Assembly (NCBI GenBank): GCA_013139765.1
Contig: WTAE01000077.1
Location: 1-41,566 of the forward strand
Length of the DNA stretch: 41,566 bases
Direction of reading: 5' to 3'
From: Sulfurovum sp.
Lineage (GTDB): Bacteria > Campylobacterota > Campylobacteria > Campylobacterales > Sulfurovaceae
A program made the position numbers and the translations under genes. Shown piece by piece: positions 9,429 through 18,485 of this stretch. The number at the start of each line of letters is the position of its first letter. The stretch's first letter is position 1. The notes beneath the pieces are model-generated. The model searched no databases, was not told where the DNA came from, and saw nothing but the letters and a program-made list of their open reading frames with translations.

Positions 9429-11519
9429 ATGCGTATGAATCTCTTTTTGAAACCCTTTATTATTCTCTCTTTAGTACTATTTTCCCTTCACGCTGAACGT
9501 AACAAAATAAAATCTTCTCTGGTCATATCAGGAGGGGTGAGTCTTGGTGCTTATCAATCAGGATACAACTGGGCAACGATCAAGATCTTGAATAAACTAA
9601 GAGATGAGCATAAGTTAGTAGAACCTGATCTGCGCTCTATATCTGGCGCTTCTGCAGGGGCGATTAACGCTGCGTATGCTGCAATGTATTGGTGTCAAAA
9701 AGGCTCTGTTTCTTTACATAATACGGTTGATGACAATTTATTTTATGACACATGGGTTAATCTTGGTATAGATGATCTTCTCATCCCTGGTAAAGATCCC
9801 GATAACAACAGTACACTATTGAGTAGAAGAGTATTGGAAGAAAATGGCCGTAAATTCGTTGAACATATGAAACAGCCTATATTCAGAAAAAACTGTGAGA
9901 TACCTTTGGGTATAGCAGTAACAAAAGCTGTACCTATTGTCGAAAAAGTTGGTGACCTTACAATGAAAAACCAACAGTTCGCTGTGCCTCTTACGCTAAA
10001 AGAAAAAAATGGGAAAGTAATAGTAGAAAATAGATCTATGCCTCCTAGTGAAAATTTTTATATTTCCATTCCTGGAATAGAAAAAGATAGTGCTAAACTT
10101 GTTGATGTTCTTTTTGCCTCCAGTGCTTTTCCTGGTGCTTTTCAACAGGTAAAATTAGACTATGTATATAAAGGTAAAAAGTATTCACATTATTTCATAG
10201 ATGGAGGGGTGTATGACAATGTTCCTCTGGACCTAGCCGTCTCATTAGATGATAAATCTTCACTCTATTTTTTTCTTGATGCAAGCAATGTGAGGAAAGA
10301 GAAGATTATAGATGAGCCAGAAGATGAGAAAGAAGAGGTACCCGTTGGATTTATATCTCCTAGTTTGAAACCTTTGCTCGGTAGTGCCGATATCTACCAA
10401 TCAATCATGCTCTATAAAGCTTTCAATAAGCATATTAGATACAATCCTAATAGACGCCTTATGCACTCATCACGTTACCATCCCATTACAGGAAAGTTTT
10501 TAGCACATTTTGGAGCATTTCTTGATCAAGACTTTCGTATTTATGACTACTATGTGGGTGTGTATGATGCTATCTATATCATTGCTACTGCTCTGAAAAG
10601 AGAATATTATACAGATGTGCCTCAAATAAAGATTATGAATAGGTTGAAAACGATCCTTGGTTTAGATAAGAATCCAGAAGCTTTAGCAGCATATAATTTG
10701 TTTTTAGAGACAGAATTTCATCATCGTGTACCCAAAACAACAGATAGATTCTCTTCAATCTATAATGCATTTAATTTAAAGAAATCTGATACTAAACGTT
10801 ATAATACAGAAGAGTTTAAAGCATTTGTTTTAAAACTTAACCTGCAATACTTAGATCACTCTGATGGTAATGAAAAACTTGTTTACATGAAGGAAGATAT
10901 AGATAACTGGTATAGAAAACCTGCAAGAAATACTTTTGCTCGTATTGCTACGATGGAAAATATTCGAACGTCAGTTTATCCTGACAATGCTCCTATTTCT
11001 ACAGCAGTTAATGCTGGAATTTGGGCTGGAAATGCATTAATTAAAGAGAAAAGAGGATTACATATCTTGCCGTTTGATGTACCTGAAGATGAAGGGAAAG
11101 AGGGGTTAAGAACAGCATTAAGGCTTTTACCTAACGATATCTCTTTTGATGTACTCAATGGAGGTCTAGGTCTGGGGTATAATGCTATTTATTATACAAA
11201 TTCGAATGTAATTGATGGTATTGAAGGAAAAGTTTCATATGCTTTTACAGCCGATGAGCCTGATTTTGTACGTGGGGACCTAGGAATCTTTAAGGAGTAT
11301 GAAGACTTTATGAAGTTTGGAGCCGGGATAAGTTTCTTTGGAGATATGGAAGGATCTTTTTATAAGCGTGATTCTGCTTATGGGTTCAACACCTATGTAG
11401 ATGTAATGGATATATTTAGATTAACCTATGTAAGAAGAGATGGCGACATCCCTGACAAAAATTATTTTTATTTTGGTATTGGGAATATTCCTAGTCTTAT
11501 CTATTGGTTGAACCGCTAA
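9429..11519 (+). CDS. Exported patatin-like phospholipase
   Basis: Signal peptide; GGVSLG oxyanion loop, GASAG nucleophile elbow, ASSAFPG, DGG. Confidence 0.9.
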   Translation: MRMNLFLKPFIILSLVLFSLHAERNKIKSSLVISGGVSLGAYQSGYNWATIKILNKLRDEHKLVEPDLRSISGASAGAINAAYAAMYWCQKGSVSLHNTVDDNLFYDTWVNLGIDDLLIPGKDPDNNSTLLSRRVLEENGRKFVEHMKQPIFRKNCEIPLGIAVTKAVPIVEKVGDLTMKNQQFAVPLTLKEKNGKVIVENRSMPPSENFYISIPGIEKDSAKLVDVLFASSAFPGAFQQVKLDYVYKGKKYSHYFIDGGVYDNVPLDLAVSLDDKSSLYFFLDASNVRKEKIIDEPEDEKEEVPVGFISPSLKPLLGSADIYQSIMLYKAFNKHIRYNPNRRLMHSSRYHPITGKFLAHFGAFLDQDFRIYDYYVGVYDAIYIIATALKREYYTDVPQIKIMNRLKTILGLDKNPEALAAYNLFLETEFHHRVPKTTDRFSSIYNAFNLKKSDTKRYNTEEFKAFVLKLNLQYLDHSDGNEKLVYMKEDIDNWYRKPARNTFARIATMENIRTSVYPDNAPISTAVNAGIWAGNALIKEKRGLHILPFDVPEDEGKEGLRTALRLLPNDISFDVLNGGLGLGYNAIYYTNSNVIDGIEGKVSYAFTADEPDFVRGDLGIFKEYEDFMKFGAGISFFGDMEGSFYKRDSAYGFNTYVDVMDIFRLTYVRRDGDIPDKNYFYFGIGNIPSLIYWLNR

Positions 11520-11555
11520 AGTAAGCATCTGACTTGAAAAGAAGGAGAGCGTAAT

Positions 11556-11725
11556 TTCGTATGCGTTTTGGATTGCTTGAAGATGAGAGTGATAGAACAC
11601 TAGAAGAGATTGGTAAAGAACTTTCAGTCACACGTGAAAGAGTAAGACAGATAGAATCATCTGCGATTAAAAAACTAAAACACCCTAAAGTGGGACGTAA
11701 ACTTAAAAACTACATCGAAGAATAA
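11556..11725 (+). pseudogene. rpoD: Second copy of the rpoD 3' end (sigma region 4.2, 54-codon frame 11561-11725)
   Basis: 164/170 nt identical to 4169-4338; encodes the identical peptide [54 protein letters not shown]. Confidence 0.95.
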
Positions 11726-11757
11726 TCTGTGTTTGGTCGGTTTACCGGCCAACAGAT
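11726..11757 (+). terminator. Hairpin following the rpoD copy (TTGGTCGG-TTTA-CCGGCCAA)
   Basis: Same core stem and 4-nt loop as the hairpin at 4346-4369. Confidence 0.55.
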
Positions 11758-11900
11758 ACAACACCACCCTCCCCTCAACATTTCAAAAATCACTTTTAAT
11801 CTTATCATTACAAGTAAATAGACTTAAGCTCCTCCATTTAACTAAGTATCAGGACATCAATTTATGCTAAGATTATTTATAAAATAAGAGGAATAAAAAT

Positions 11901-12269
11901 ATGAAATATATAGTATTAACTTTAATTTTTGTTACAACATTCAACCATGCAGAAGTAAACACTAAACCTTCAAAACCCAGTGTAAAACCTGTGATCAAAG
12001 CCAGTTATGATAGTTTGAGTAGAGATGACTATGACTACAATCCTCTCTATAATGATGATGAAATTGCAGAGAAGAACGCGAGTAAAGTAAAAAAAGAAAA
12101 GATGCTAATCTTAGAAAAAGAACGTAATGCTAGTAATTTGGCAAAACAACAAGAACTACAAAAGAAGAATAAAGCAGCCTACGATAAACAAATGAAAGCC
12201 TACGAAAATAGAGAGAGAAAGTTAGAAGCAGACAATATTATTATCATCTCTGATGAACCTGTAAAATAG
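11901..12269 (+). CDS. Hypothetical exported protein with coiled-coil C-terminus
   Basis: GAGG RBS, signal-peptide-like N-terminus, charged helical tail. Confidence 0.7.
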   Translation: MKYIVLTLIFVTTFNHAEVNTKPSKPSVKPVIKASYDSLSRDDYDYNPLYNDDEIAEKNASKVKKEKMLILEKERNASNLAKQQELQKKNKAAYDKQMKAYENRERKLEADNIIIISDEPVK

Positions 12270-12433
12270 TGTTTCTTTATCATTAAAATATAGAGCTATA
12301 CTCAAAGAAGTGTCACCGTACTTAAATGTGTCGTCAGTTTTGATTTCTTATATGTTTAGAAGCTACAATAATGAGTGCTTTGTTACCTTACCCTAACTTT
12401 AAAAGCTATTTATCAAATATTTAAAGGAGTATT

Positions 12434-13624
12434 GTGAAATTTCTCATCATTATACTTTTCTTAACATTAGGACTTAATGCTGAAAATGATACTGCCCTTT
12501 CAGATGCATTTACAAAAGGAAAGTTTCTAGGAAATATCACTCTATTTAATTACAATGTAGACAAAAAAAATGTAATAAATGCTTATGCAACTGCCTTAGG
12601 TGGGTTTTTAAAATATTCTACAGATGAGAGTAATCCTCTTTTTGCTTCTGTGCGTCTACATCAATCTTCCCCCGTAGGACCCAATCAGAATAAAATACTG
12701 ACACAACTGTTTAATAACGACAGAAATGCTTCAAGTCTTACTGCCCTTTCAGAAGCCTTTTTAGCATATAGATACAAGAGTCGTATTTTAAAAGTAGGTA
12801 ATATGATGTTAAACACACCTATGATGAATGATGATACCACCCGACTCGTTCCCTGGTCTTATCAGGGTGCTGCCTTTACTTCTGAACCTTTTGTAGATAC
12901 TAAGATACAATTGTATCACATTACAAAAATCCGTAAAAACACCTCAGATGAATATACTAAAGTGTCCGCTAGTGGAGAGTTTGATCATGGTATTTCCATG
13001 CTAGGTATCACATATAAAGGCTTAAGCGAAATCACTCTGCAGTCTTATTACTATTACGCACCTGAACTTTATAATACCTTTATAGCCCAGATGGATTACC
13101 GGCATGTGGTCAATGAGGACTATCTTTTTTCTTATGGGGTTCAGTACTTTCAAAGTTCAGACGGAGGAAAATATAATAACAGCCTCTTAAGAAATGGGGG
13201 AGATGACATAAACCTTCTTGCCTTTAGAGCAGGCATAGATGGTCCTAAGTATAATGTCACCCTTAATTACTCTCAAAATTATGGCCTAAGTGGTATTGTT
13301 AAAGGATATGGTGGTCTTGCTAAAGTTTTTACTACCTCAATGATTGCTAATGGACGCGGTAACTTTAAACCTGAAACATGGATGCTAACAACACAATTTG
13401 ATGTAGATCCCTTCGAGTATGGTCAAAGTGAGTTTGCCATCTCCCTTACAAACACCAGAGTTCATGATGAGAGAGGAGATGACTTTGATGCTTTTTACTC
13501 CCATTTTAGGCACTATTTCGATGTAGACACTTCTTTGTATATACGTTTTGAAGCCATAGATTATCATGACAGCCAAAAAAATGATGTAAATTATCTCCGC
13601 ATCATCGCCTCTTATGACTTCTAA
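12434..13624 (+). CDS. OprD/Occ-family outer-membrane porin
   Basis: Signal peptide, LSDAFTKGK N-terminus typical of epsilonproteobacterial OprD-like porins, LSEAFLAY and LNTPMMN segments, C-terminal SYDF; AAGGAG RBS and GTG start. Confidence 0.8.
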   Translation: MKFLIIILFLTLGLNAENDTALSDAFTKGKFLGNITLFNYNVDKKNVINAYATALGGFLKYSTDESNPLFASVRLHQSSPVGPNQNKILTQLFNNDRNASSLTALSEAFLAYRYKSRILKVGNMMLNTPMMNDDTTRLVPWSYQGAAFTSEPFVDTKIQLYHITKIRKNTSDEYTKVSASGEFDHGISMLGITYKGLSEITLQSYYYYAPELYNTFIAQMDYRHVVNEDYLFSYGVQYFQSSDGGKYNNSLLRNGGDDINLLAFRAGIDGPKYNVTLNYSQNYGLSGIVKGYGGLAKVFTTSMIANGRGNFKPETWMLTTQFDVDPFEYGQSEFAISLTNTRVHDERGDDFDAFYSHFRHYFDVDTSLYIRFEAIDYHDSQKNDVNYLRIIASYDF

Positions 13625-13682
13625 TATTGTATAGTTCCTTTATAAAATACCTATAACTATAGAAGGCAAATAGCCAAGATGT

Positions 13683-13773
13683 AGAGTGCTCATCTTATAA
13701 TGACAACTCAACTCTTCAAAAAATGCATCATCCTCTACTTCTTTAAAATAAAATGCTGTCAAACCCCTAAAGT
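13683..13773 (-). pseudogene. Second RAYT-derived remnant (repeat copy B)
   Basis: 66/73 identity to 5834-5906; similarity continues to a shared CTAAAGT (5919-5925 / 13767-13773). Confidence 0.75.
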
Positions 13774-13823
13774 TGAAGGTCTTAATGAAGGTTTATGTAG
13801 ACTGCTATAAAAAAGGACTATTT

Positions 13824-14039
13824 ATGGATATGAGTATGCACATGGAAAGTATCAATTTAGTGAAGTCATTAAATGGTACTTACAAACAAGAAGATAAAGA
13901 GATGGTAGTAAAGGTTCTTGGCGAATACAAGAAAAAGTACAACTGTAGTTATCAATATGCCTACGATATGATGGTTGAGGGAAATCCATCATACTCGACA
14001 TATAGTGTATGGAGACGCAGGTTAGCGGCTAAGGTTTAA
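13824..14039 (+). CDS. Small hypothetical protein (71 aa)
   Basis: AAAGGA RBS before ATG 13824; the ORF-track start at 13773 lies at the edge of the RAYT remnant. Confidence 0.6.
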   Translation: MDMSMHMESINLVKSLNGTYKQEDKEMVVKVLGEYKKKYNCSYQYAYDMMVEGNPSYSTYSVWRRRLAAKV

Positions 14040-14042
14040 TAG

Positions 14043-14393
14043 TTGGTATACTATATTGCAAAACTAATTATTACCGCATTATTGATTGTATTAATCTCAG
14101 AAATCGCCAAGAGAAGCAGTTTAATGGGTGCCCTATTGGCAGCCATCCCTTTAGTCTCCATCTTAGCTATGACATGGATGTATATTGAGACAGGTGACAA
14201 CTTTTCTGCAGTGGAATTTTCAAATAGAATTGTTTGGCTCATTGCGCCATCCATGGTATTGTTTATCGCTTTTCCTCTCTTGATAAAAAAAGGCATCAGT
14301 TTTTATCCAAGTATGGGAATCTCCATCTTTATGACTATTTTTGCTTATTACAGCGTCATCTTTCTTCTTGGAAAATTTGGGGTTAAATTATAG
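14043..14393 (+). CDS. DUF3147-like small membrane protein
   Basis: KLIITALLIVLISEIAKRSSLMGALLAAIPLVS pattern; about 4 TM segments. Confidence 0.75.
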   Translation: MVYYIAKLIITALLIVLISEIAKRSSLMGALLAAIPLVSILAMTWMYIETGDNFSAVEFSNRIVWLIAPSMVLFIAFPLLIKKGISFYPSMGISIFMTIFAYYSVIFLLGKFGVKL

Positions 14394-14437
14394 CTATGGT
14401 TTTATTGATTGAAGCTACTTTATTTGCCTAGTGTGAT

Positions 14438-15781
14438 TTAAAAACTATATTGCGTAATCACTCTAAATTGGTTCTGTTTTCTACTGCTGCTTGTACTTTC
14501 ATATTCACTTGTTCGTCGAGCATTGAGTAGTTTTATTGAGAATTTTTTATACGGTTTATAGGTTAGGATCATATCTAATTCATCTGCATCTCTTGTTGCT
14601 AACAGTGTTCTACCAATATTTCCACCATAACTTTTAGATTGTCCGTAGTTTGCATAAGACGCAGAAAATATAAAATTCTTTGAAAAAGAATATTTTACTG
14701 CTACTTTATACGCATTCACATCATCTCTGTATGCATTTCTGGAATACGTTGAACTGGTAAATGCAGGATCAAATCCCCAGGGATTAAATGTTTCTCCATG
14801 AGAACTATTATAGGAGAAGGAAAGAACTGCCTTTTCGTATTTAATCATGGCCATCATTCCATAGATACTTGAATCAAGATCTGAATTTAATGATTTTCCA
14901 ACATCATTTTCTTTGATATATTGAAATTTAAATGTACCCTCCATGGATGAAGAATGTGTATAAGTATAGTCTACTTGAAGCTGTAAGAAATTCAATATAT
15001 CATAAGCATAGTAATTCCATAATTGTACTGTCGTATTTGGGATAGATGTATTTACAATAGATAACATCGTAATTCCTGCAGTATCAACCGTATTGCCATC
15101 TGCATCAATACCACCTTTAAATGCCAGTTCACCTACAGGTGTAAAATCTCCCTTTAAATCTGCGGGACTTCTTGCAACACCTGCAGTATTAGTATATTCG
15201 CCAATAAGTGCATAATCAGTCGTGGTTCGTGAACCATACATCATCTTTGTAATTTGTGATACCCTTATCGTCGTATCGGGAAGCTCATCTGTTTTAAATG
15301 TAAATGATTCATAGGCATTTTCTACCTGAGATGTTTTAAATATTGCTATGGGGTTTGATATCGTTTTATTTAAGGATGAGGGAGGATGTTTACGTCCAAA
15401 TTTAAATAAGTTTTCACCTATTTCATAGGCTATCCAAGCTTCATCTAAAACAGCTTTTGAACTAAAGTCTTTTGTCATAAAAATTCCAGAAGCAATCTTG
15501 TTTTCATAAGCACCAGAGCTGTCTCTACTGAAGTTTGTAAGGCCGGTGTCTCCTACATAATGAAATCCAACCGTTCCATAGAAGCCTTTAAAGGTAGGTG
15601 TATGATATTTTAGATTAAGGCCTATTGTACTACCTGTCTGAGGGTCAAAATTATTATCTAATCCATGCAAGACATGAATCCACCTTAAATGGCCACTAAC
15701 ACTGCCATTGCTATCATAGTTTTGATTCGCAGTGAGCAGTGTTGCCAATAAAAGGATTATAATTGAAGCTCGCATATGCAT
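14438..15781 (-). CDS. OprD/Occ-family outer-membrane porin
   Basis: Signal peptide, LDEAWIAY, QLWNYYAYDILN, C-terminal RVITQYSF. Confidence 0.8.
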   Translation of the reverse strand: MHMRASIIILLLATLLTANQNYDSNGSVSGHLRWIHVLHGLDNNFDPQTGSTIGLNLKYHTPTFKGFYGTVGFHYVGDTGLTNFSRDSSGAYENKIASGIFMTKDFSSKAVLDEAWIAYEIGENLFKFGRKHPPSSLNKTISNPIAIFKTSQVENAYESFTFKTDELPDTTIRVSQITKMMYGSRTTTDYALIGEYTNTAGVARSPADLKGDFTPVGELAFKGGIDADGNTVDTAGITMLSIVNTSIPNTTVQLWNYYAYDILNFLQLQVDYTYTHSSSMEGTFKFQYIKENDVGKSLNSDLDSSIYGMMAMIKYEKAVLSFSYNSSHGETFNPWGFDPAFTSSTYSRNAYRDDVNAYKVAVKYSFSKNFIFSASYANYGQSKSYGGNIGRTLLATRDADELDMILTYKPYKKFSIKLLNARRTSEYESTSSSRKQNQFRVITQYSF

Positions 15782-15852
15782 TCACTCCTTCAGACTTTTA
15801 AAATACTAGATGCATTAATAATACACTAATATATACAATATTGACTTACTGT

Positions 15853-15903
15853 GAAGGTAGAGGGCTCAAGTGATAATAACTAAGAGCACTCCCCACCTAC
15901 AAA
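15853..15903. repeat. Degenerate third copy of the RAYT-linked motif plus REP-like end at the right border of the accessory tract
   Basis: 15853-15880 matches 5828-5855 at 23/28. GAGGGCTC..GAGCACTC can pair, and CCCCACCTACAAA resembles the REP end CCCCGACCTACAAA at 31684-31697. Confidence 0.5.
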
Positions 15904-15925
15904 TAAAGATGATATAATCCGAGTT

Positions 15926-16675
15926 ATGAAAAATCCTCAATTCTTTGCCCTTATTATCGGAACCGAAATCCTTAACCGTAGACGTACAGACAGACACTTT
16001 GACTTTGTGACTAAAGCTTTAAAAGACAAAGGACATAAACTCACTGCTTCATTTATTATTGAAGATGATCCGCAACTCATAATAGAAACCATCAAGTTTA
16101 TTGCTTCACAAGCTAATGCCATACTTTTTTCTTTTGGTGGCATTGGCTCTACGCCTGATGACTATACACGTAAATGTGCCTCTTTAGCACTGAGGGATGG
16201 TACACTTGTGGTGCATGGAGAAGCGAAGAAAATCATTTTAGAACGTTTAGGTGAAAAAGCATACCCTCACCCCATAAAATTAGCAGAACTTCCAAAAGGT
16301 TCAGCACTCTTAGACAACCCTGTCAATAAAATGCCTGCTTTTTCTTTAGATGAACGTTACTACTTCATGCCAGGGTTTCCTGAAATGAGCCATCCTATGG
16401 TGGAGAAGGTTTTGGGGAAACTTATCCCTCACAAAAAAGAACATTATAGACATACACTGACTGCTCTGTGTAAAGAGAATGAACTCATAGAAGTGATGGA
16501 ACAAATGCCTAAAGGGGTAGAATTTTCCTCTTTGCCCAAACTTTACTCTGACGGATGGAAAGTTTCTATTTCTGTGGCTTCAGACGATCAAAACTTAGCC
16601 AAAAAGGCATTTGAGATGTATACTGATACTCTTCAGCAGAAAAACATCCATTATGCCCTTGTAGACGAATCTTAG
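15926..16675 (+). CDS. CinA N-terminal-like (COG1058) molybdopterin-binding-fold protein
   Basis: IIGTEIL, GGIGSTPDDYT and MPGFP motifs. Confidence 0.85.
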   Translation: MKNPQFFALIIGTEILNRRRTDRHFDFVTKALKDKGHKLTASFIIEDDPQLIIETIKFIASQANAILFSFGGIGSTPDDYTRKCASLALRDGTLVVHGEAKKIILERLGEKAYPHPIKLAELPKGSALLDNPVNKMPAFSLDERYYFMPGFPEMSHPMVEKVLGKLIPHKKEHYRHTLTALCKENELIEVMEQMPKGVEFSSLPKLYSDGWKVSISVASDDQNLAKKAFEMYTDTLQQKNIHYALVDES

Positions 16676-16690
16676 AATGACTGACACACT

Positions 16691-17881
16691 ATGACATACT
16701 TAGACACACTCAAACACCCAGTCATTAAAAGACTGTCACTCATTCAGTTTATCTCTTACTTTGGAACCTGGTTTTCTCAAGTAGCCATCTTCTCCATGAT
16801 AGTCTCTTTTGGTGCAGATGAAATCACCATTGCTTTAACGGCAACCATGGCCATGTTACCTGCTGTGCTGCTTGCCCCCATCATTGGTTTAATTGTTGAC
16901 CGTATAGAGTTTAAAAAACTGATGTTCATACTCTTACTCGTTGAAATCTCTATGACCCTTGGCTTTATCTTTATCAACTCTTTAGAGTATGTCTGGGTAT
17001 TGATGATACTTATCTTTATCCGCTCTTCTGCTGCCTCTATGTTATTTTCAGCAGAGATGGCTCTTTTTCCTAAACTTGTCTCAGGAGAAATGCTCAAAAA
17101 CACCAATGAAATACATTCAGTCATTTGGTCACTCTGTTATGCTTTGGGTATGGCCGTTGGTGGGATTGTGACGTATTATGTGGGCTTTGACTTGGCTTTT
17201 AGCATAGATGCACTTCTTTACTCTGTGGCGGTACTTCTACTCATAGGTTTAAAACTCTCCATAGAAAAAATAGAACACAACGAATCTAACTTTGAAATGT
17301 TAAAATCTGGCTTTAACTACTTAAAGTCGCAAAAAAAGATTTTACATCTTATTTTACTACATGCTTCCATTGGCTTGACATCCTTTGATGCACTCGTTAC
17401 CCTGCTTTCCGACTTCCAATACAAAGAGTTGATTGCCGTACCCCTCGCCATCGGGTGGATGAATGCCACCAGAGCTTTAGGGCTTATGATAGGTCCATTT
17501 TTCATTTCAAAGATTATTTCAAAAGAGAACTTGCATTACTTCTTCATCTTACAAGGATTAGCCATTATGCTTTGGTCACTGTTGGAATACAACTTCTATT
17601 TGGCACTCATTGGTCTTTTTATTACCGGTTTTTTCATCACAACACTCTGGTCCTATACCTACTTACTCATACAAGAAGAGACCCGGAGTAAATTTATGGG
17701 AAGAGTCATCTCTTACAACGATATGTTCTTTATGCTCTCCAATGTTGCCACAGCCCTTTTCATTGGTTATGCTGCCAAATGGGGAGTGTCACTTGAAGCC
17801 ATCACCTTTACCCTTGGTTTTGGTTTCTTTGTGGTGGCGGGGTATTACACTTGGTTTAAAAAAGTATATATTGATGTCTAA
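16691..17881 (+). CDS. MFS transporter
   Basis: About 12 TM segments, GLIVDRIEFKK motif A variant. Confidence 0.88.
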   Translation: MTYLDTLKHPVIKRLSLIQFISYFGTWFSQVAIFSMIVSFGADEITIALTATMAMLPAVLLAPIIGLIVDRIEFKKLMFILLLVEISMTLGFIFINSLEYVWVLMILIFIRSSAASMLFSAEMALFPKLVSGEMLKNTNEIHSVIWSLCYALGMAVGGIVTYYVGFDLAFSIDALLYSVAVLLLIGLKLSIEKIEHNESNFEMLKSGFNYLKSQKKILHLILLHASIGLTSFDALVTLLSDFQYKELIAVPLAIGWMNATRALGLMIGPFFISKIISKENLHYFFILQGLAIMLWSLLEYNFYLALIGLFITGFFITTLWSYTYLLIQEETRSKFMGRVISYNDMFFMLSNVATALFIGYAAKWGVSLEAITFTLGFGFFVVAGYYTWFKKVYIDV

Positions 17882-18485
17882 TGTTAGTAGGGCTATTTGT
17901 TACAACTGTTACCGCCCAAAAAGTTCGTGTATGTGTGAACACATCAAAGCGATTGACACCAACACACGTTTTGTTTTACTCATGCACCCCAAAGAGTTTA
18001 GAAAAACCAAAAATGGTACAGGACACTTTACTAACCTTTCTCTAAACAATTGTGAAATACATGTGGGGATTGATTTTACTAAATACGAAGAGATTAATGC
18101 CATACTTAAAGATGAAAACAATGCCTGTTATGTACTTTACCCCTCTGAGAGAAGCATTAACCTCAATGAAGAAACTATTACTAGAGAGAATAAGCAAACA
18201 GTACTCTTTCTCATTGACTCTACTTGGCCTTGTTCACGTGCCATTTTACGGGCCAGTAAAAACTTAGATGACCTAGAAAAGGTCAGTTTTACCCACTCGA
18301 AAAGTTCTACTTTTACTTTTAAAGAGCAACCCCAAGACTATTGCTTGAGTACAATGGAGTCTACTCTCTGTGTACTTGAACTACTCAATATCCACAAGAG
18401 TGAGCACATAGACACAAAAATTTTGGAGAACTTTTTACTTCCTTTTGAAAAGATGGTAGCCTACCAACTCTCTTGTAATCTATAG
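17874..18485 (+). CDS. DTW-domain tRNA-uridine aminocarboxypropyltransferase (TapT/YfiP-like)
   Basis: CYNC..CMC, HPKE, TG, DSTW and LSTMES motifs; start moved to ATG 17874, overlapping the MFS gene end. Confidence 0.88.
   Translation: MSNVSRAICYNCYRPKSSCMCEHIKAIDTNTRFVLLMHPKEFRKTKNGTGHFTNLSLNNCEIHVGIDFTKYEEINAILKDENNACYVLYPSERSINLNEETITRENKQTVLFLIDSTWPCSRAILRASKNLDDLEKVSFTHSKSSTFTFKEQPQDYCLSTMESTLCVLELLNIHKSEHIDTKILENFLLPFEKMVAYQLSCNL

Larger units (their letters stand above)
4339..11725. mobile_element. Integrase-less genomic islet inserted in the rpoD 3' end
   Basis: Accessory cargo between two copies of the rpoD 3' end; contains transposase remnants and truncated genes; no integrase or recombinase ORF seen. 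Confidence 0.75.

Noticed and set aside
4339-15900. CRISPR array, prophage, integron integrase or intact IS in the accessory tract
   Set aside because: No regularly spaced repeats, phage genes, tyrosine/serine recombinase motifs or full-length transposase are visible.
17610-17873. Long N-terminal extension of the DTW protein
   Set aside because: It overlaps the MFS gene; the domain begins at ATG 17874.
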